From Moniliella sp. 'wahieum' (taxonomy: Eukaryota): a stretch of DNA of 64,000 bases. The notes beneath the pieces are model-generated. The model had not been told where the DNA came from. It saw only the letters and a program-made list of their open reading frames with translations, and made no database searches. Where the stretch lies: positions 496,001 to 560,000 of the forward strand of contig RSEE01000011.1 of the NCBI GenBank assembly GCA_003971905.1, in the 5' to 3' direction. The position numbers were made by a program, and so were the translations under genes. Below, piece after piece: positions 35,350 through 47,542 of the stretch; position 1 is the stretch's first letter; each line of letters begins with the position of its first letter.

Positions 35350-36291
35350 ATGGCGTCCTTTTTTGGTTTTGGAGCGCCTTTGGACATCGAGGTCCGGCTT
35401 GATGGCGAGGAGGAGCGTCCCGGTGTCGAGGTCAAGGTCGCACGGGACCGGCGGGAGCGGTGTCCCGTCTATGTGGGGGAGAGTGTCAAGGGCGTCGTCA
35501 TCCTCCGTGCCAAGGACGGCAAGAAGCTTGTCCATGAAGGGGTGAAGATTGAATTCATTGGATCTCTCGAGCTCTTCTACGACCGAGGGAATCACTACGA
35601 GTTCATCTCCCTCGTTCAGCAACTTTCCGGCGCCGGCGAGGTCAAGCCCGCGTCACCACTAACCCTGCCATTTGAGTTCAAGCAAGTGGAAAAGCAATTT
35701 GAGAGCTACAACGGTATCAATGTAAGCTCCGCTACTTTCTGCGAGCCACTGTCTCGCGCAGGATGGCCGACGTGGTACAAGAGAAGGAGTTGTGGGTCCA
35801 TCAATTCCTCGTCCCTCCTGAGTCCAATGCACCCATCAAGATGGAGGTGGGCATAGAGGACTGTCTCCACATTGAATTTGAATACAACAAGTCGAAGTAC
35901 CACCTCAAAGACGTCATTGTCGGCAAGATCTACTTCCTGCTTGTTCGCATCAAGATCAAGAACATGGAATCTCCATCCGCCGCGAGACAACAGGGACGGG
36001 TACGTGATGTGCTTTCGTTGCTTTCTTCCTTGTATTAACCCCCTTGACAGCCCCCAACCAGTACAATGAGAGCGAGACGATCACCAAGTTTGAGAGATGG
36101 ATGGGGCACCAGTTCGGGGAGACAATTCCATCCGCTGTTCTTGGGGGCTTGAGTTGACGCGATCGTTTCGCGATGTGAACAAAAAGTTCTCGACGCGGGT
36201 ACTATCTCAACCTGGTGCTGATTGATGAGGAGAACAGAAGGTACTTTAAGCAGCAGGAGATCACGCTCTTCTCGCCTTCCCAGACGAATAA
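35350..36291 (+). CDS. VPS26: Retromer subunit Vps26, frameshifted
   Basis: [91 protein letters not shown]. Confidence 0.95.
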
Positions 36292-36714
36292 CCTTTAGCG
36301 CCTTTCTCTCATGCTCCAAAGCTCCCTGCTGCCATCCCTTGTTGTTCGCTCCTGCTGCTACGCCAGTCGTTCGATCGAATCTGACTGGGACTTTGGCCAC
36401 TCCGGACGAGAGGCATACCCTTCCTTCCCCTTGGGCCTGAAGGAGGCTTGGTGTTCAAAAGCGGTTTTATGTATATGCCCCCATCATAATGCATGCGCGG
36501 CCAGGGAAGAGGAACGGGGATGGTCAACGATCGCCAATGGGCAAGAGGTAGGCTTACAGGGGAAGCATTAAGAGAAAGGAAAAGGCGAAGTAGGGGGGGG
36601 CATAAAGAAATTGAACATTTATTGGATTCCAAATGCGCGCGTGCCATGCTACGCGAATATCGTCGGGACTGCATTTGGTTCGGCGCTGTCATCGACGACA
36701 CCCTTTTTGGCGCC

Positions 36715-37460
36715 ATGGCCGACACGCCCCTCATCTCGGCCCTCTCGCTGGGTAGCCTGGCATTTGTGGCGCCCTCGTGATCGGGGGTTGGGTGTTGAAC
36801 TTGTTCTTGACCGGATCGCTGCGCAAAGTGGAACGAAACGGACACGCTGGGCCTACTACGATGGGCTGTGGTACAGCTTTGATGCGGACCCACCTTGTTC
36901 TCGAGGCGAGCTTTGTCTATTGGAGCCTGGATGGGCGGACGGTTGCCACTTCCTTGAACCATGAGGCCCCCTTGGGTTCACCGCACACATGTGGTCCGAC
37001 TATGCTCGGGCGGACAGCCGATGGGCACATGCCGATCCCTGTGTGGTATCGATTGAGCTCATCACTGTCCTGGGCGCCGGACCCTTGGCGTTACTCACCG
37101 CCTACCTCTTTGCGCGGGGCAAGACGGGCCAGGCACACTTTTGTAACTTGGTCTTGGGCACTGGGGAGATTTATGGATGCTGGGTACGTACGCCTCGGTC
37201 GCCTGGATGTCTGCCCATCAGAACGGGCTCCTGATCTGCCTCTTCTTGTCCAGATGACGTTCGCGCCCGAGTGGTTGATTGGCAGTCCCAGCTTGCCTCC
37301 CGCAACAGACGTTCTGCTTTTCTGGATCTACCTCGTCGTGATGAACACTGTGTGGGTTGTGGTCCCAGCTGGGCTCATGTACGATTCCTGGCGCGTGCTG
37401 TCGTCGGCCTTGCCGGGTCCCGCCTCTGTTGCGCGCGCGGCACCACGCAAGAATGACTAA
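36715..37460 (+). CDS. Emopamil-binding protein-like (EBP/EXPERA family) membrane protein
   Basis: WSDYARADSRW..ADPCVVSIELITV, GEIYGCW-intron-MTFAPEWL, FWIYLVVMNTVWVVVP. Confidence 0.85.
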
Positions 37461-37693
37461 TTCAATGCACGACAGATGCTACCCATCAGCCAGGTTCTCA
37501 TCATCGTCATTCAAAATCAACCATTGGAGTCAGGTGCACCAGGTGGTACTTATACCTCCTCCAGGCCAAGTAAGTCTCAGAAGGCCATTCGAGGCGTAGA
37601 GGGCAATGGAGAGGGGGCATCAACTCTCAAGTATCCGCGCAAAAGTGATGGCCTATCAATGAGCAGTGGTTGCTGTTGTGTTCGCGCTCATAA

Positions 37694-38482
37694 CTATCCG
37701 GCATTCTGGATAGGAACAGCCCATGAATCATAGCCATTGCAAGTGTCTAGTCCCTCGACCCTCAACGGCCAAGCCTGAGCCCGCTTGCCCATTTCCTCAA
37801 ACACAGACACGAATGTTGCACATCTTGTGCGCCCTGGATCCGCCTTGAGCGGTTGGGCATCCCGATTGACGGGCTGCGCGACGATTTCAAAGTTGGGCAC
37901 GCCACGAATGCCAGCCTTGCGAGCACGAGCAAACCCTTTCTCCACCTCGGCGAGGAGCTGGTCCGATTTCACAAAGGCCGTGGCCTCGCTTGAAGAGGGG
38001 AATACACCCGCCTCGACCGCGAGCTGGGCAAGCGCCACGGGGTCGCCCGGGTCGCCCTCCTGCTCAAATAAAACGGCATAACCTTGTTCAGGAACGCATG
38101 TTGCACTGGCCACCCCCCTGTCTTGTAAGCCTGGAGCAAAGGCGATGGGAGAGCACGTGCTACGCAGCACGCGCCATAGGAAAAGTGGATGCCCACCTCC
38201 CCCACGGGCTTTCATCGACGCTTCCATGGGCCACGCGGTCCGCACCAAGACAGAGGCGTAGTGCTCGCGCTTGTTGATGGGCGCGTCCGGTAATGTAGGG
38301 TCCAGTTGGTACGGCAGGTACCTACGCCGGCTCAAAGATCCGCGAGGACGAGTGGAGCGCGGTAAAGGGCGACAGACGCAGGGCCTGTTCAGTTTGCGCA
38401 GGCCGATGAAGCAAAAGGGGCAGATGGTGTCGGACGTGACCTGGACGCTGAGCGTGTGCAGCATCGGACGCGTGGCGGGCAT
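37694..38482 (-). CDS. DsbA/FrnE-like thioredoxin-fold oxidoreductase
   Basis: SDTICPFCFIG (CXXC), PYQLDPTLP, FEQEGDPGD, GIRGVPNF. Confidence 0.85.
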   Translation of the reverse strand: MPATRPMLHTLSVQVTSDTICPFCFIGLRKLNRPCVCRPLPRSTRPRGSLSRRRYLPYQLDPTLPDAPINKREHYASVLVRTAWPMEASMKARGGGGHPLFLWRVLRSTCSPIAFAPGLQDRGVASATCVPEQGYAVLFEQEGDPGDPVALAQLAVEAGVFPSSSEATAFVKSDQLLAEVEKGFARARKAGIRGVPNFEIVAQPVNRDAQPLKADPGRTRCATFVSVFEEMGKRAQAWPLRVEGLDTCNGYDSWAVPIQNAG

Positions 38483-39009
38483 GGCTGGTGGTGGCGGTGA
38501 GAAGAGAAGGCAAAAACGCTGGGCGGACGGATCATAAGGCTAAATAAACAGCTTGCCCCCGCACGCAAGACAGAAGAGGGATCGATTGCCTGCCCCAATG
38601 TCCCGTTGCTGACAGCCACAGCATTGGGATAAGCCCAAAGCACCGCGGTCTTAGTCCTCGGGATACAGACCCCGTGCTACGCCCGCCTTAACCCCGGGGA
38701 TCATCGATCCATAGCCGTCTTTATTTAACTGCCTCACCGGCCGTTACCAGGGATCTGCAATCTGCAATGTTCGAGGCACGGCAACTGTGTGACGCGGCTT
38801 CTCTGTATGGTCGGCAGCCCTGTTTGGCGCTGGATATACCCGGCCAATACACAACATGCAGTACCTTCCAACACCACTTGGTACAAACGTGGTCCTCCTT
38901 GCGTGGACATGGGGATGGTATCAACACGGGGATGGTATAGTACTGGGTGCACTACCACTTGGTCCTGGTTCGGGAAGCTTCGCCAATGCCAGGTTTTGCA
39001 GCCGACAGC

Positions 39010-41609
39010 TCAATCCATGCCCTCCCTTGCAAACGCCTCCCAGTCCACCTCCGCCTCCGTCGGCGGCTGGTCCGTGGGTTTGTCCACGGACCCTGTGAGC
39101 TGGAGGAGCGGAACGAGAGAAGGCCGTCCATGGGCACACTGGAAAGGGAACTGAGTCTGGGCCAAGCGGGCGAGAAGAGCCGTGGCCTCGACCTCGTCCA
39201 GCCGATCGTTAAACATGATCGCACCGCGACACGCTTTGCTCTCCAGCATGTGGCGCAGCGGTGGCGGCAGGAACCGAAGAAACGTAGCTAACTCTTCCTC
39301 CATCTCTTGTCCCCCCCCTCGTGTTCTTCATCGAAACGTGGCGGGGTAGATAGCACACGAACCATCCACCCCCATCCGCCTTGCACGCCTTCCCGCCTGT
39401 GCCTACGCTGCCCTCGGCGAGAGAGAGGATGGAGAGCACAATATTGCTTGCGAGGCGGTGGGACCAGCGAGCGAAAGCGTCGCGCTCCAGCCGTTCTGCC
39501 ACCAAGGCCGGGGCCAAGCTCAGTCCTATGCCGCCTTCGTGCAACTGGAGCTGGAACCCATAAAAAGGCAAGCATACTCCGAAACACAGCCGCCAAGCCC
39601 GGGTCCTCCTTTCCTTCGCACAACGCGCAAACCGAGTTAAGGCCGAAGGCGTCAGTTGGGCTTCCAGTGGGAGCGGGGGGCAGAGGGGGGCATGTCCCCC
39701 CGCCCGCGTCCAGGGAGAGGTTCGACTTCGGATGGGCTCGTCACCCCTCCACCCACACAATTCGATCCGACCCGCCTCCCACTTGGCTCCTAACCGACAA
39801 TCATGCAGGTACGAACGAAAAAACGTTTCCACCCTCACCCGTTCGTCCGCGGCGTGCTGGTCTACCGCCACGAGGATGTTTCCCCCCTTGGCCGGCAACA
39901 CGGCCAACAGACATTTCCGTTCAAATTGGCCCACCAGCCGTGCCGAGGCAAGAGCGGCACGTGTGATGGCCAAGTCGGCGAGTTCAGTAGCGTCGGCGGC
40001 AGATGGACCAGGGGTGTACATCTGTATTGGCGCAGGGAAGTTCCAGGGCTGCATCGGCCACCACTCGTTCTAGCTCTAGTTCAAGCTCCGGATCGTCCTG
40101 CCCTTCCGGTCGCTCTGCCGTCGTTCGGGGCCGAAGTGCCGAGCCAGGACGACGAACCGAGGCAAGGGTGTCGTCCAACCAACGCGCCGGGAAGATGGGT
40201 GAGGAGTACTTGAAATGGATCCTTCCCGCAGACGTTTACGAAGCGTCTGACGTGTGAGGAGGGGGGTTCGAGCTCCACTCGATTACCGGTCCGTGCATCG
40301 ACCAGGTGCACTTGATGAGTACTTGGGTCCCTCCACGCCAGTGCACCGGGGGCACAGGAGGCAAGGGGGCACGAAGACATTGCAGGCGCGCAGAGCGTCT
40401 CGGCGCAGCAGGAGAGGACGGATGAACAGGGTGGGTGGAGGTAGTAGGATGGGCAGTGTGATTAGTGTGGGCCTTGGGGATCGCGTCGGCGCTTGAGTGG
40501 GGCGCGATGGCGTAAGAGGGAATACCATTCGGCCCAATAGCCTTTTGGAGAAATTGGGCTTGACCCGGTCCTTGAGGGATCGATGCCAAGTCAAGCGTAA
40601 TACTGAGCACGACCACAGGAGCTGTCCTAGTCAGCACGGAGGCTGCGAGGGAGGTGAGGAAGGCAGTGAGAGGTTGGGTGACCATCCCTGCGTCAGGTGA
40701 GGGGGGATGGATTTGGGTTTCAAGGCAACGGGAGCTTGTGGCTTTAGGTGGAGTTCTCGTTCGGCAAGCCACTGAGACAGAAGCGCATCAGGTTGGATCA
40801 GTTCCCCATTGAGGTACACGAGGCTAGGCGCTTTCACCGACGGCCACGCCACCAATCCTTCCATCTGAAGGGAAGAGGGGGCAGAACGGAGTGGACCGCC
40901 GTCTCAAGCCAAGTGAGTTCGATCCCGGGCGAAGAAAGCTGAAGCAGGGCGCGGTAACGCCCAGGCAGACCCGCACTCGCAGGGGAACGGAAGAGGACCC
41001 TTCCTTGGGATGAGGACAACGCCTGGACAAGTTCTACCTTGATTGGTGCTGAGGCAAGTGGGACGCAGACCAACGCGATGCAGTTTTGATCTGTTCCCAC
41101 TGGGCACGCAGTGCAGCCTGTCCTCAGGGCGTGGAAATGCCTTGCGGCGGATGGGAAGCGAGTGGAACAAGTCGCACCACCACCTTGGTCCGCACATGAG
41201 GATCGACGCTAGCGGAGCGAATGAATGAAAGTGGTTCTTTCCCGAACGAAGAGTAAGGAGGCGTGCACCGTGTTGTCCAGGCGGGGGGTCAGATGTCCAG
41301 CTTGGCTAGAACAGCCGCGGCGAGCAAAGGTGGTTGGGCGCTGCGTTCGCCTCCACTTCCTCCCGCAGCTGGGCGAGGGTATCCAGGGACATGCCGCGGC
41401 CATTGTCGGTGCACTCGACGCGCCAGTCGTGCAGGTGGACCGTGATACATACACGGGTTGCGTGGGCGGCCAGGGCGTTGTGGAGGAGGGCCTGGGCAAC
41501 GTCGGCGAGGTGGGTGAGGCGGGTGCTGGCTGCGACAAGGGCCGCAGTGGGGCGGGCAGGGGCGCAATCGCAGGCTTGGTGCTGGGCCGATGGGGCTGGG
41601 CGCGGGCAT
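39010..41609 (-). CDS. MLH3: MutL homologue Mlh3, frameshifted
   Basis: DNGRGM, DLFHSLPIRRK, endonuclease motif DQHAADERVRVE, SKACRGAIMFND, FPFQCAHGRPS. Confidence 0.88.
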
Positions 41610-43322
41610 GGGCGCGTGCGCGGTGGGGCGCAACAGACGAGGGAGAGACGAAGCGCTCCATGGGACAAGAAGAGGCGCGTCATCCCCTCTCCATCGCTCG
41701 CGGGCAGTGGACGGGGGAGGGACTGCCAGCGACCAGAGGCTGTGGCACACAAGCGAAGGCGACTCGGCAATCGCTTAAATGAGGGTATCCCATTCCGCAC
41801 TCGTGCATTCGCTCACATTCCGCTCCAAGCGACGAAGCCTGGCAATCGGCACCGGGTGACCGGTGAGCTCTGATCGAGGATAAGTGATTACTGCCTCGCC
41901 TGTGCCATGTGCTCCACGTAAGTCCGCGCACCAGAGCCCGTGGATATGGATTAGCGATCATCGATCGATTGATCACGAATCATTGATTACTTCGATTCCT
42001 AGTTACTAGTTACTAGTCACTAGTCAAGCGGGCACTGCGATGCACTGCGTAGCACAGCAGAGCACGGCAGGACAGGAAAGGCGGTGCGGACACTCCCCCT
42101 ACGCCGGGTGATTCCCCGCGGGCACGGCGAGCGGATGCGGAGTGTCGCACTCGGGGGCTATTGGTGCATCATGCATCAGCGGCTCAATCGGTGTTATGCA
42201 CGCGCTTTGCGTTTGGAGGCTCTCGACGCTAACAGCGGTGAATGGGCTAGCAGGCGCAAACGTCAAACGCGCTTCGTATTTGTCACGGCATCGCTCCACC
42301 AGTGTCGGCGGCATCCCCTTGACCCATCAGGGACGCCAGGGACCGCCAAGACAAGTAAGGGCCGCCAGAGGATGTGGGAAGCAACAAAAGCAGCTATCGA
42401 GAGGTATGTTATACCCTTTTCTCCGCAGGGTGCCAGCTCCGGTGCAAAGACCTGCGGAGGAAACAGCCGCTGCCGCCGTCGGGTTGGGTGGGGCCGGTGA
42501 AGCTTGAAGCTTGAAGCGGGGCGTGCGGGGCGGGCAAACACAGTGCTGAGGCCTCAGCTGTGGGCCTTCTGAGCTCTGGGATGGGGATGAGTCTTAGTCA
42601 AAAAAAGACGCAGGCAAAACGGCGCAGCCGATGAGATGGGTGATGGTGATGCAGATGTTTCTCCTCGCGTAGGCGCGCACTCGCATCCGGTCTGCTACCG
42701 ATCCTCGATCGGCATGCCACTGCCCTGCCCGGCAAAGCGGGGGCAAGGCCTGGCACAGCACCGATTGGAGCACGATGGGCCGGGGGGCAGTGTCCGCAGA
42801 CGAGGGCCTCGATGCGCGCGAATGGATGAGGGGGCGTGATGCATGATGCATGATGCATGATGGATGTGTGGCACGGTGCATGAGACTGGGCCGCTGCCAT
42901 GCGCTCCCCGCACGCGAGGAGGGAGGGCCGGCAGCTGCTGCCGACGGCCGAGCCAGAATGCTCGGAGCGGCTTTTTCGCACTTGCAAGCGGCGGGGGGCA
43001 GTGTCCTGTGTGATCCCCGCGTGCGGGCGGGGGCTTGGCGGGGCTGGGTGCGGAGATTGGGAGATAGTAGGAGACTGGCCCCCTGCGGAGAGAATGCACG
43101 GGGCCGCAGCGGGGCGGGCCCAGGCGGTGCGAGACTGGCGCCAAGCGGGGGGGCAAGGCAGGGCGGGCAGAGTAGGAACACGCCTGCGTGTCGAATAGGG
43201 TCGAATAGGTTGCCACTGCGTAGAGATCGCCGCGCGCTCTCTCTGCTCTCCCTCGGCTTTATAAGGCCCAACCGGCGCCCCCCCCCCACACACACACCAC
43301 CACCGCCCTCCCCAGCGCCGCC

Positions 43323-45080
43323 ATGTACGACTTCACCCATGGGCTCTTCAAGCTGCCCACGCGCGACCAGCGCATCGCCGACCGCCACGGCGAGACCAAC
43401 AACCCCATCAAGCTCGCCTGTATGCTCAACCTCAAGCAGTACATCTACCTCATCACCGGCATGCTCGCCTGGACGTGCGACGCACTTGACTTCTTCTCTG
43501 TGAGCCTCGCCAACACCCACCTCTCCGCTCTCTACGGCAAGTCGACCAACGACATTACCACCTCCATCACCTTGACCCTTCTCTTCCGCCCCTTGGTGCC
43601 GTCATCTTTGGCCTCATCTCCGACCGCTTTGGACGCAAGTGGCCCCTCTTTGTCAACCTTCTCTGCATTTCCGCTCTCTCTCTCTCCACCTCTTACTGCA
43701 AATCCTACGGGCCCTTCCTCGCTGTGGCTCGCTCTTTGGCATCTTTATGGGTACGTGGTCCTCTCCTTTCCCGAAAAAAAGACTCGAGACTAATGTGATC
43801 GCGCTTGCAGGTGGAATTTGGGGCATGGCCACAGCCACTGCATTGGAGAACATGCCTGCTGCCCCCCGTGGTCGTTCAGCGGCGTGCTGCAGCAATGCTA
43901 CGCCCTGGGCTACCTTGGCGGCCTCGGTCAATGTATCTGTGGTCAACCGGACAGGCAACTGGAAGATCCTTTTTGGTTTGGCGCGCTTTCTCACTCTTTG
44001 CTGCTGGAGTGCGCGCGATGTGTGGGAGTCGGAACTGTTCCTTGAACACAAGAAGGCACAGCAGGAAGCAGCCGAAGCGGGTGTCGATACTTCGACCGGA
44101 CCAAGGTCCGCAAGTATCCGCTGACATGGGCGACATGCTCAAGCAGCACTGGATCCGCCTGCATCTATGGTATCCTACTCATGTCAGGCTTTAACTGCTC
44201 GCCATTCTTCTCGTACGTCTCATATCATTTTCCCTCCCCACTACATCTCTCTGTATGCAACTTTTGGCTGACCTGTCCCACTATGTAATTAGAGGACTTG
44301 TACCCTACCATGATCGAGAAGGTCAAGCTTGCCACACTGCCCAGCAAGGAGGCAAGCCAACTGGCTTCCAAGGCCACCATCATTTCCAACTGTGGGGCCA
44401 TTGTCGGTGGTACCCTGGCCGGATACATTTCGCAATGGCTTGGCCGTCGTTTGACCATGGCCATCTTTGTCGTACTCGGGTGTACTCATCCCTGCCTGGA
44501 TCCTGCCTACCAGCTTTAGTGGTTTGGCTGCTGGCGCATTCTGGATCCGTTTGGCGTGCGTGCAGGGTGCATGGGGTGTGGTGCCCGTCTACCTCTCTGA
44601 GATTTCACCGCCTGGTTTTCGGGCAACCTATGGTGCCTGGCCTACCAACTGGGCACACATGGTCTCCTCCTCCTCGGCGCAGATCGAGACCGCGGTGGTG
44701 GGTGGGCATTACGATTGCCAACCCCCGCTTTGACCCCAGTAAGCCGCTGGCCAGACAACGAACCCCGCTTGCCCGATTACGCCACGGTATCGGGCATCTT
44801 GCTGGGAGTCGTGTGTGCGTACCTTTTGGCCGTGATTGTGGTCGGGAGGGAAGAGCACGGAGCCAAGTTTGAAGAGGATGCGTGGTGGGCACAAGACCCT
44901 CGGGCACCCAGCGAATCGAAGGCGAAGATGAAATTGAGCACGTGGGCGATCGGTTATGGCGCCGGCTGTTGATGCCCTCCGTCCAGCGACCGGCCCAGCG
45001 ACGAGAAGCTGGACAAGCAGTTGGATGAGAAGAAGACGATGCCTGAGACTGTGCACGTGAGTGCGCGTTGGGGGCGCTAG
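43323..45080 (+). CDS. JEN1: MFS carboxylate/H+ symporter (Jen1 family); introns and frameshifts
   Basis: LAWTCDALDFFSVSL, ITTSITLTLLFRP, DRFGRKWP, ALENMP, SGVLQQ.YALGY, GGTLAGYISQWLGRR, VQGAWGVVPVYLSEISPPGFRAT, DYATV. Confidence 0.9.
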
Positions 45081-45174
45081 GCGCCTAGTTGCACCAGGTC
45101 GCACCTGCATACACCTTCCCCGCTCTTTCCAGTCCCTCCGCCATCTTCAGTATACCACACCTGCTCGCTGTACC

Positions 45175-46551
45175 ATGCCTCCCTGATCGACCTGATCGCT
45201 CCCTCCCCCTCGCTCCGGCACCTCAGGCTTGCATCAAGCTTCTTACGATCCTTCATGATCTGTGTACATTTGACCTCCCCGATCCTTCCCATTCGCCCCC
45301 ACCCTGCTCCGTTCCTGCATCAGTTTCAGCCGTCTCTCTTTAGTAGAGTAGGTTGAAGTCAATGATGATCGATATGCACAAGGCGCCCTATTCTATATGC
45401 GATGTTTGCTCGTTGTAGCGAAGATCAGACGTTCCAGGAAGTTCCATCTGGGTGACATAGACGTGGTCCAGACTAGCCATGCATGCTTTGAGCATGCTTG
45501 TTAGTACCGCTTTGCCTCCATCCCACTGGCAACATGTGGTGATTATACAGCTATAATCACCATGGGCCAAATACAAGCCAGGGGCAATTTTTTCTCCAAT
45601 GGGGTCGATCTGGACCTAGCCCTGCGTTCGCACGGCTTGTTTGACCATCCGTTTGCTGCGACGTTGCAGCACCTCATGACGTTTCCCATCCCCACCGTGA
45701 TGAGACCTGGAGTCCTGATGGTTCTCGAGGGTGATGCAATCGCACTGGTGGTGGTGGTCTAAGCCAACCATCAACGCCTACTCAGAGGAACATCAAGCAG
45801 AGTCGCCGCCAGGGGCTAAGCTGCGGAACAAGGAAAAACAGGAGAGAGAAAACAACGGAACTCCCAGGCCTGAGGAGGAACTGAAGGGACGTTGGCCAAA
45901 ACACGAGCCACCCGATGGCTCAACACACCCCCTTGCCTCGTTGAGGGAGCATGCGTTTGCTGGTGCGTCGGCTTTGGACGATTACCGATTACCGGGCAAT
46001 GCACGCGCATCGCGGGTTCCTCTGTATGAATCAAATTTGAGTTGGGGCTCGCATCCCAGCAGCCATGGCGGCCATGCTGATGTCGGGCTAGGTGCAGCGC
46101 AAAGTTGGGTTCGAAGGACATCGGTTTGCCGGACCCGAAGCGGAGCAGGATGGGTTGGTCGATTACCGGTTACCTCGTTCCGACCAAAGAGGGTTCTGTC
46201 TCTGCAGATCACATTCCCCACTTGACCCCCTCGCCCTCCACCGCTCTCTCCACTTCGCCAACCAGCTCCGTCCCCTGGATGCCAAGGCCGCCTATAGGCC
46301 AACAAGGCAGTCCTCTATGCCGACGCCTTGGCTGTCATGAAAACCAAGTATGTCCCGTCACTCCCACCGCTCCTCCCTGCCCCGCAGTCCCGCTGGCCCG
46401 AGCGAACGGCACTCGCCCCCACGTACTGTGTTACAGGGAAGACGACGCGGTGGCCCACTCTAAGCAGTTGTGCGAGCCGATGGCGCGGATCGAGCAATGT
46501 GCAGTACCACGAAAGCGACAGGAACAATCAATCATCAGGAAGCTGGGTTGA
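45175..46551 (+). pseudogene. Enoyl-CoA delta-isomerase/crotonase-like gene disrupted by a solo LTR
   Basis: DMHKAP, FFSNGVDL, LMTFPIPT [insertion] LASLREHAFAG, GHRFAGPEAEQDGLVD; boundaries approximate. Confidence 0.6.
45698..45925. mobile_element. Solo LTR, 228 bp
   Basis: TGATGAG...CTCAACA ends (6/7 inverted match); TSD CACCG/CACCC (4/5); splits the FPIPT-x-HAFAG motif. Confidence 0.7.
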
Positions 46552-46619
46552 GGAAGGATTCTGAATACAGGAAGTAGAAGGTCGACACAAGACCTCTTAA
46601 GTCACCCTCGTCGATCGGA

Positions 46620-46989
46620 CTACTGCTGCATATCTGCCCCTCCGGGGGTGGCAGCCGGGTCATCCTCTGCCAGAGGCAAGTTAACGTCAAGCTCTGCGCG
46701 ATGCACACTACGAGAGAAAAGAGAGGTGTGGAGGGGGCGGCAACTGACGTACGCCAAGACCGTTTGCACATGGGGCAGAACGCATTGGAGTGAAGCCAGG
46801 TTTGGATGCAGTGGGTGTGGAACACGTGTGAACAACCCCCACCGAAACGGGGCAGTCGACGCCCGGGACGCGACAGGTGGCACAAGTGCCATCAAAGTTG
46901 TTCTGGCAGATGCCGCACACTTCGTCCGGGTCCTTCACGTCCCATACCCAGTACCCCACCGGGCGCCACGCCGTCACGTCCACCTTCAT
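46620..46989 (-). CDS. APC11: APC/C RING-H2 subunit Apc11
   Basis: MKVDVTAWRPVGYWVWDV..DEVCGICQNNFDGTCATCRVPG.DCP...CSHVFHTHCIQTWL...CPMCKRSW, then an intron. Confidence 0.9.
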
Positions 46990-47542
46990 CCTCCCGCCCG
47001 CTGCGTCGTGGTGGAGGTGGATTGGACTTTCCACCTCCATCAACACGACCAACCAGCAGCGCGTGCGAGCAAGCGAAACGCAGTGGTTACGTAAGTTCAC
47101 GTGCACAGAGCCTCCTCGTCATCGGAGGGCGTGCCGTGGTTTCCGCGTCGCACCGTCCCTTGGCTCTCCAGCACGAGCTCCGGGGTGGAGGAAGTGGCAC
47201 GAATCCCAGGCGCATGAACGGTGGGCCCACTGCCTCCGCTGAAGACCAAGGATTCGGCCGCCCTGGGTGCGATGGCGAAGGCAGCCGAGATCAGGGGAGG
47301 CCTCGGACGCCAAAAAAATATCAGATGCCGGCCCGTGCGCTGCCCACACTGCCCCTGGGCCAGGGCGCGGCAACCTGGGCGGTCCGCAGCTGCGAGGGTT
47401 GCTTCGCAGTCGATCGTTCAGTAGTCACCGAGTCACCATTATCCTCGGGCATAGCGTCACCCTCGTGGTTATATATACGCAGCATGCCCTCTACTCGATC
47501 CCCCCGCTTGCCCATCACGCCTTTGAGCTGGAAGCATCCCCA

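Noticed and set aside
42084..43300. ORFs in the MLH3-JEN1 spacer
   Set aside because: No recognisable domains; the region is rich in promoter-type motifs
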